DNA of 38,262 nucleotides from Candidatus Omnitrophota bacterium (GTDB lineage Bacteria; Omnitrophota; Gorgyraeia; Gygaellales; Profunditerraquicolaceae): NCBI GenBank assembly GCA_028715095.1, contig JAQUSM010000001.1, positions 1 to 38,262 of the forward strand, read 5' to 3'. Shown piece by piece: positions 37,635 to 38,262 of this stretch (position 1 is its first letter; each line of letters starts with the position of its first letter). The notes under the pieces were generated by a model. It saw only the letters and a program-made list of their open reading frames with translations, ran no database searches and was not told where the DNA came from. The position numbers and the translations under genes were made by a program.

Positions 37635-38262
37635 AAACTTGTGGTGCTCAAATCGTACTTGCCCTGGATGTGGATACGGTTGAAGAGGCAAAAAGATTTT
37701 TAAACAGCCTTTACCCAAAGGTAAGTATCTTTAAAGTAGGCAGCCAGCTTTTTACTGCTTATGGACCTAAGATTATTGAAATGCTGCATCAAAAAGGCGC
37801 CCAGGTTTTCTTGGATCTTAAGTATTTTGATATTCCTAATACCGTGGCTAAAGCTGTCGCAGCTGCCGTGCGCCAAAGAGTAAAAATGCTTACTTTGCAT
37901 ATTTCCGGAGGCAGGCAGATGCTGGAAGCTGCCATATCTTCTGCAAAAGAACAAGCGAAGATTTCTAAGGTAACCCGGCCGCTGTTAATCGGGGTTACGG
38001 TTTTAACCAGCAATAACGCCAAGACCGAAGAGATACTTGCGCTGGCAAGAATGGGGATTAATTGCGGGTTGGACGGCGTAGTTTGTTCCGTTAACGAAGC
38101 AGCTGTCTTGCGAAAAAAGATAAAAAAGGATTTTATTATTGTGGCTCCGGGAATTAGATTGGATGGTTATGTTAAAGATGACCAGAAGAGGATAGCTACT
38201 GTGAGCCAGGCAGTAAGGGCGGGGAGTGATTGTTTGGTAATAGGCAGGCCAATTTTAAAAGC
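37613..38262 (+). CDS. pyrF: Orotidine 5'-phosphate decarboxylase (3' end outside the window); not listed in the ORF track
   Basis: My translation from the ATG at 37613 reads MRGLSQIKTCGAQIVLALDVDTVEEAKRFL...FKVG...FLDLKYFDIPNTVAKA...MLTLHISGG...VAPGIRL...VIGRPILK. The frame is stop-free to the window end. DxKxxDIPNT and GRPI are the family signatures. It overlaps the pyrD end by 22 nt. Confidence 0.88.
   Translation, partial: MRGLSQIKTCGAQIVLALDVDTVEEAKRFLNSLYPKVSIFKVGSQLFTAYGPKIIEMLHQKGAQVFLDLKYFDIPNTVAKAVAAAVRQRVKMLTLHISGGRQMLEAAISSAKEQAKISKVTRPLLIGVTVLTSNNAKTEEILALARMGINCGLDGVVCSVNEAAVLRKKIKKDFIIVAPGIRLDGYVKDDQKRIATVSQAVRAGSDCLVIGRPILK

Overview
This 38.3-kb window comes from a low-GC bacterial chromosome (about 40% GC by eye). 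It is probably an uncultivated diderm lineage, because GyrB carries the long insertion typical of diderms. Every gene I can support is on the + strand: 19 CDS (2 cut by the window edges) and 2 tRNAs. Many stops and starts abut or overlap. The left block is gyrB (partial), a small polytopic membrane protein, gyrA, tRNA-Glu(UUC), glmS and rsmI. The centre is one uninterrupted 20.4-kb ORF at 7480..27915, which gives 6,811 aa from the ATG I prefer. It is followed by an intrinsic terminator. The right block starts with a near-consensus sigma70 promoter and an attenuator-type leader. It then carries a pyrimidine operon (pyrR-pyrB-pyrC ... pyrK-pyrD-pyrF, the last truncated). That operon is interrupted by an EndoQ-like PHP nuclease, tRNA-Arg(CCG), a TIGR00725/LOG-like protein, a stand-alone C-terminal half of carB, mutM and an ICMT-like membrane methyltransferase. 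The headline is the giant ORF. It has an N-terminal Sec-type signal peptide and at least two further internal segments that look like signal peptides, one with a clear twin-arginine RRxFLG motif. It also has two RIILHExxH metalloprotease-like motifs 17 kb apart, an 8-copy 28-aa tandem repeat, a possible Cys/His peptidase-like module and a possible ADP-ribosyltransferase-fold module. Its C-terminal third strings together cytoplasm-type modules: HAD phosphatase, cNMP-binding, HD and GT9-like glycosyltransferase. These modules are separated by a recurring AGS(A/S)L(Q/E)xxP junction motif. Most of the protein has no motif I can recognise. All domain calls come from motifs read by eye and need profile or structure searches. 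I saw no CRISPR array, transposase, integrase or rRNA.
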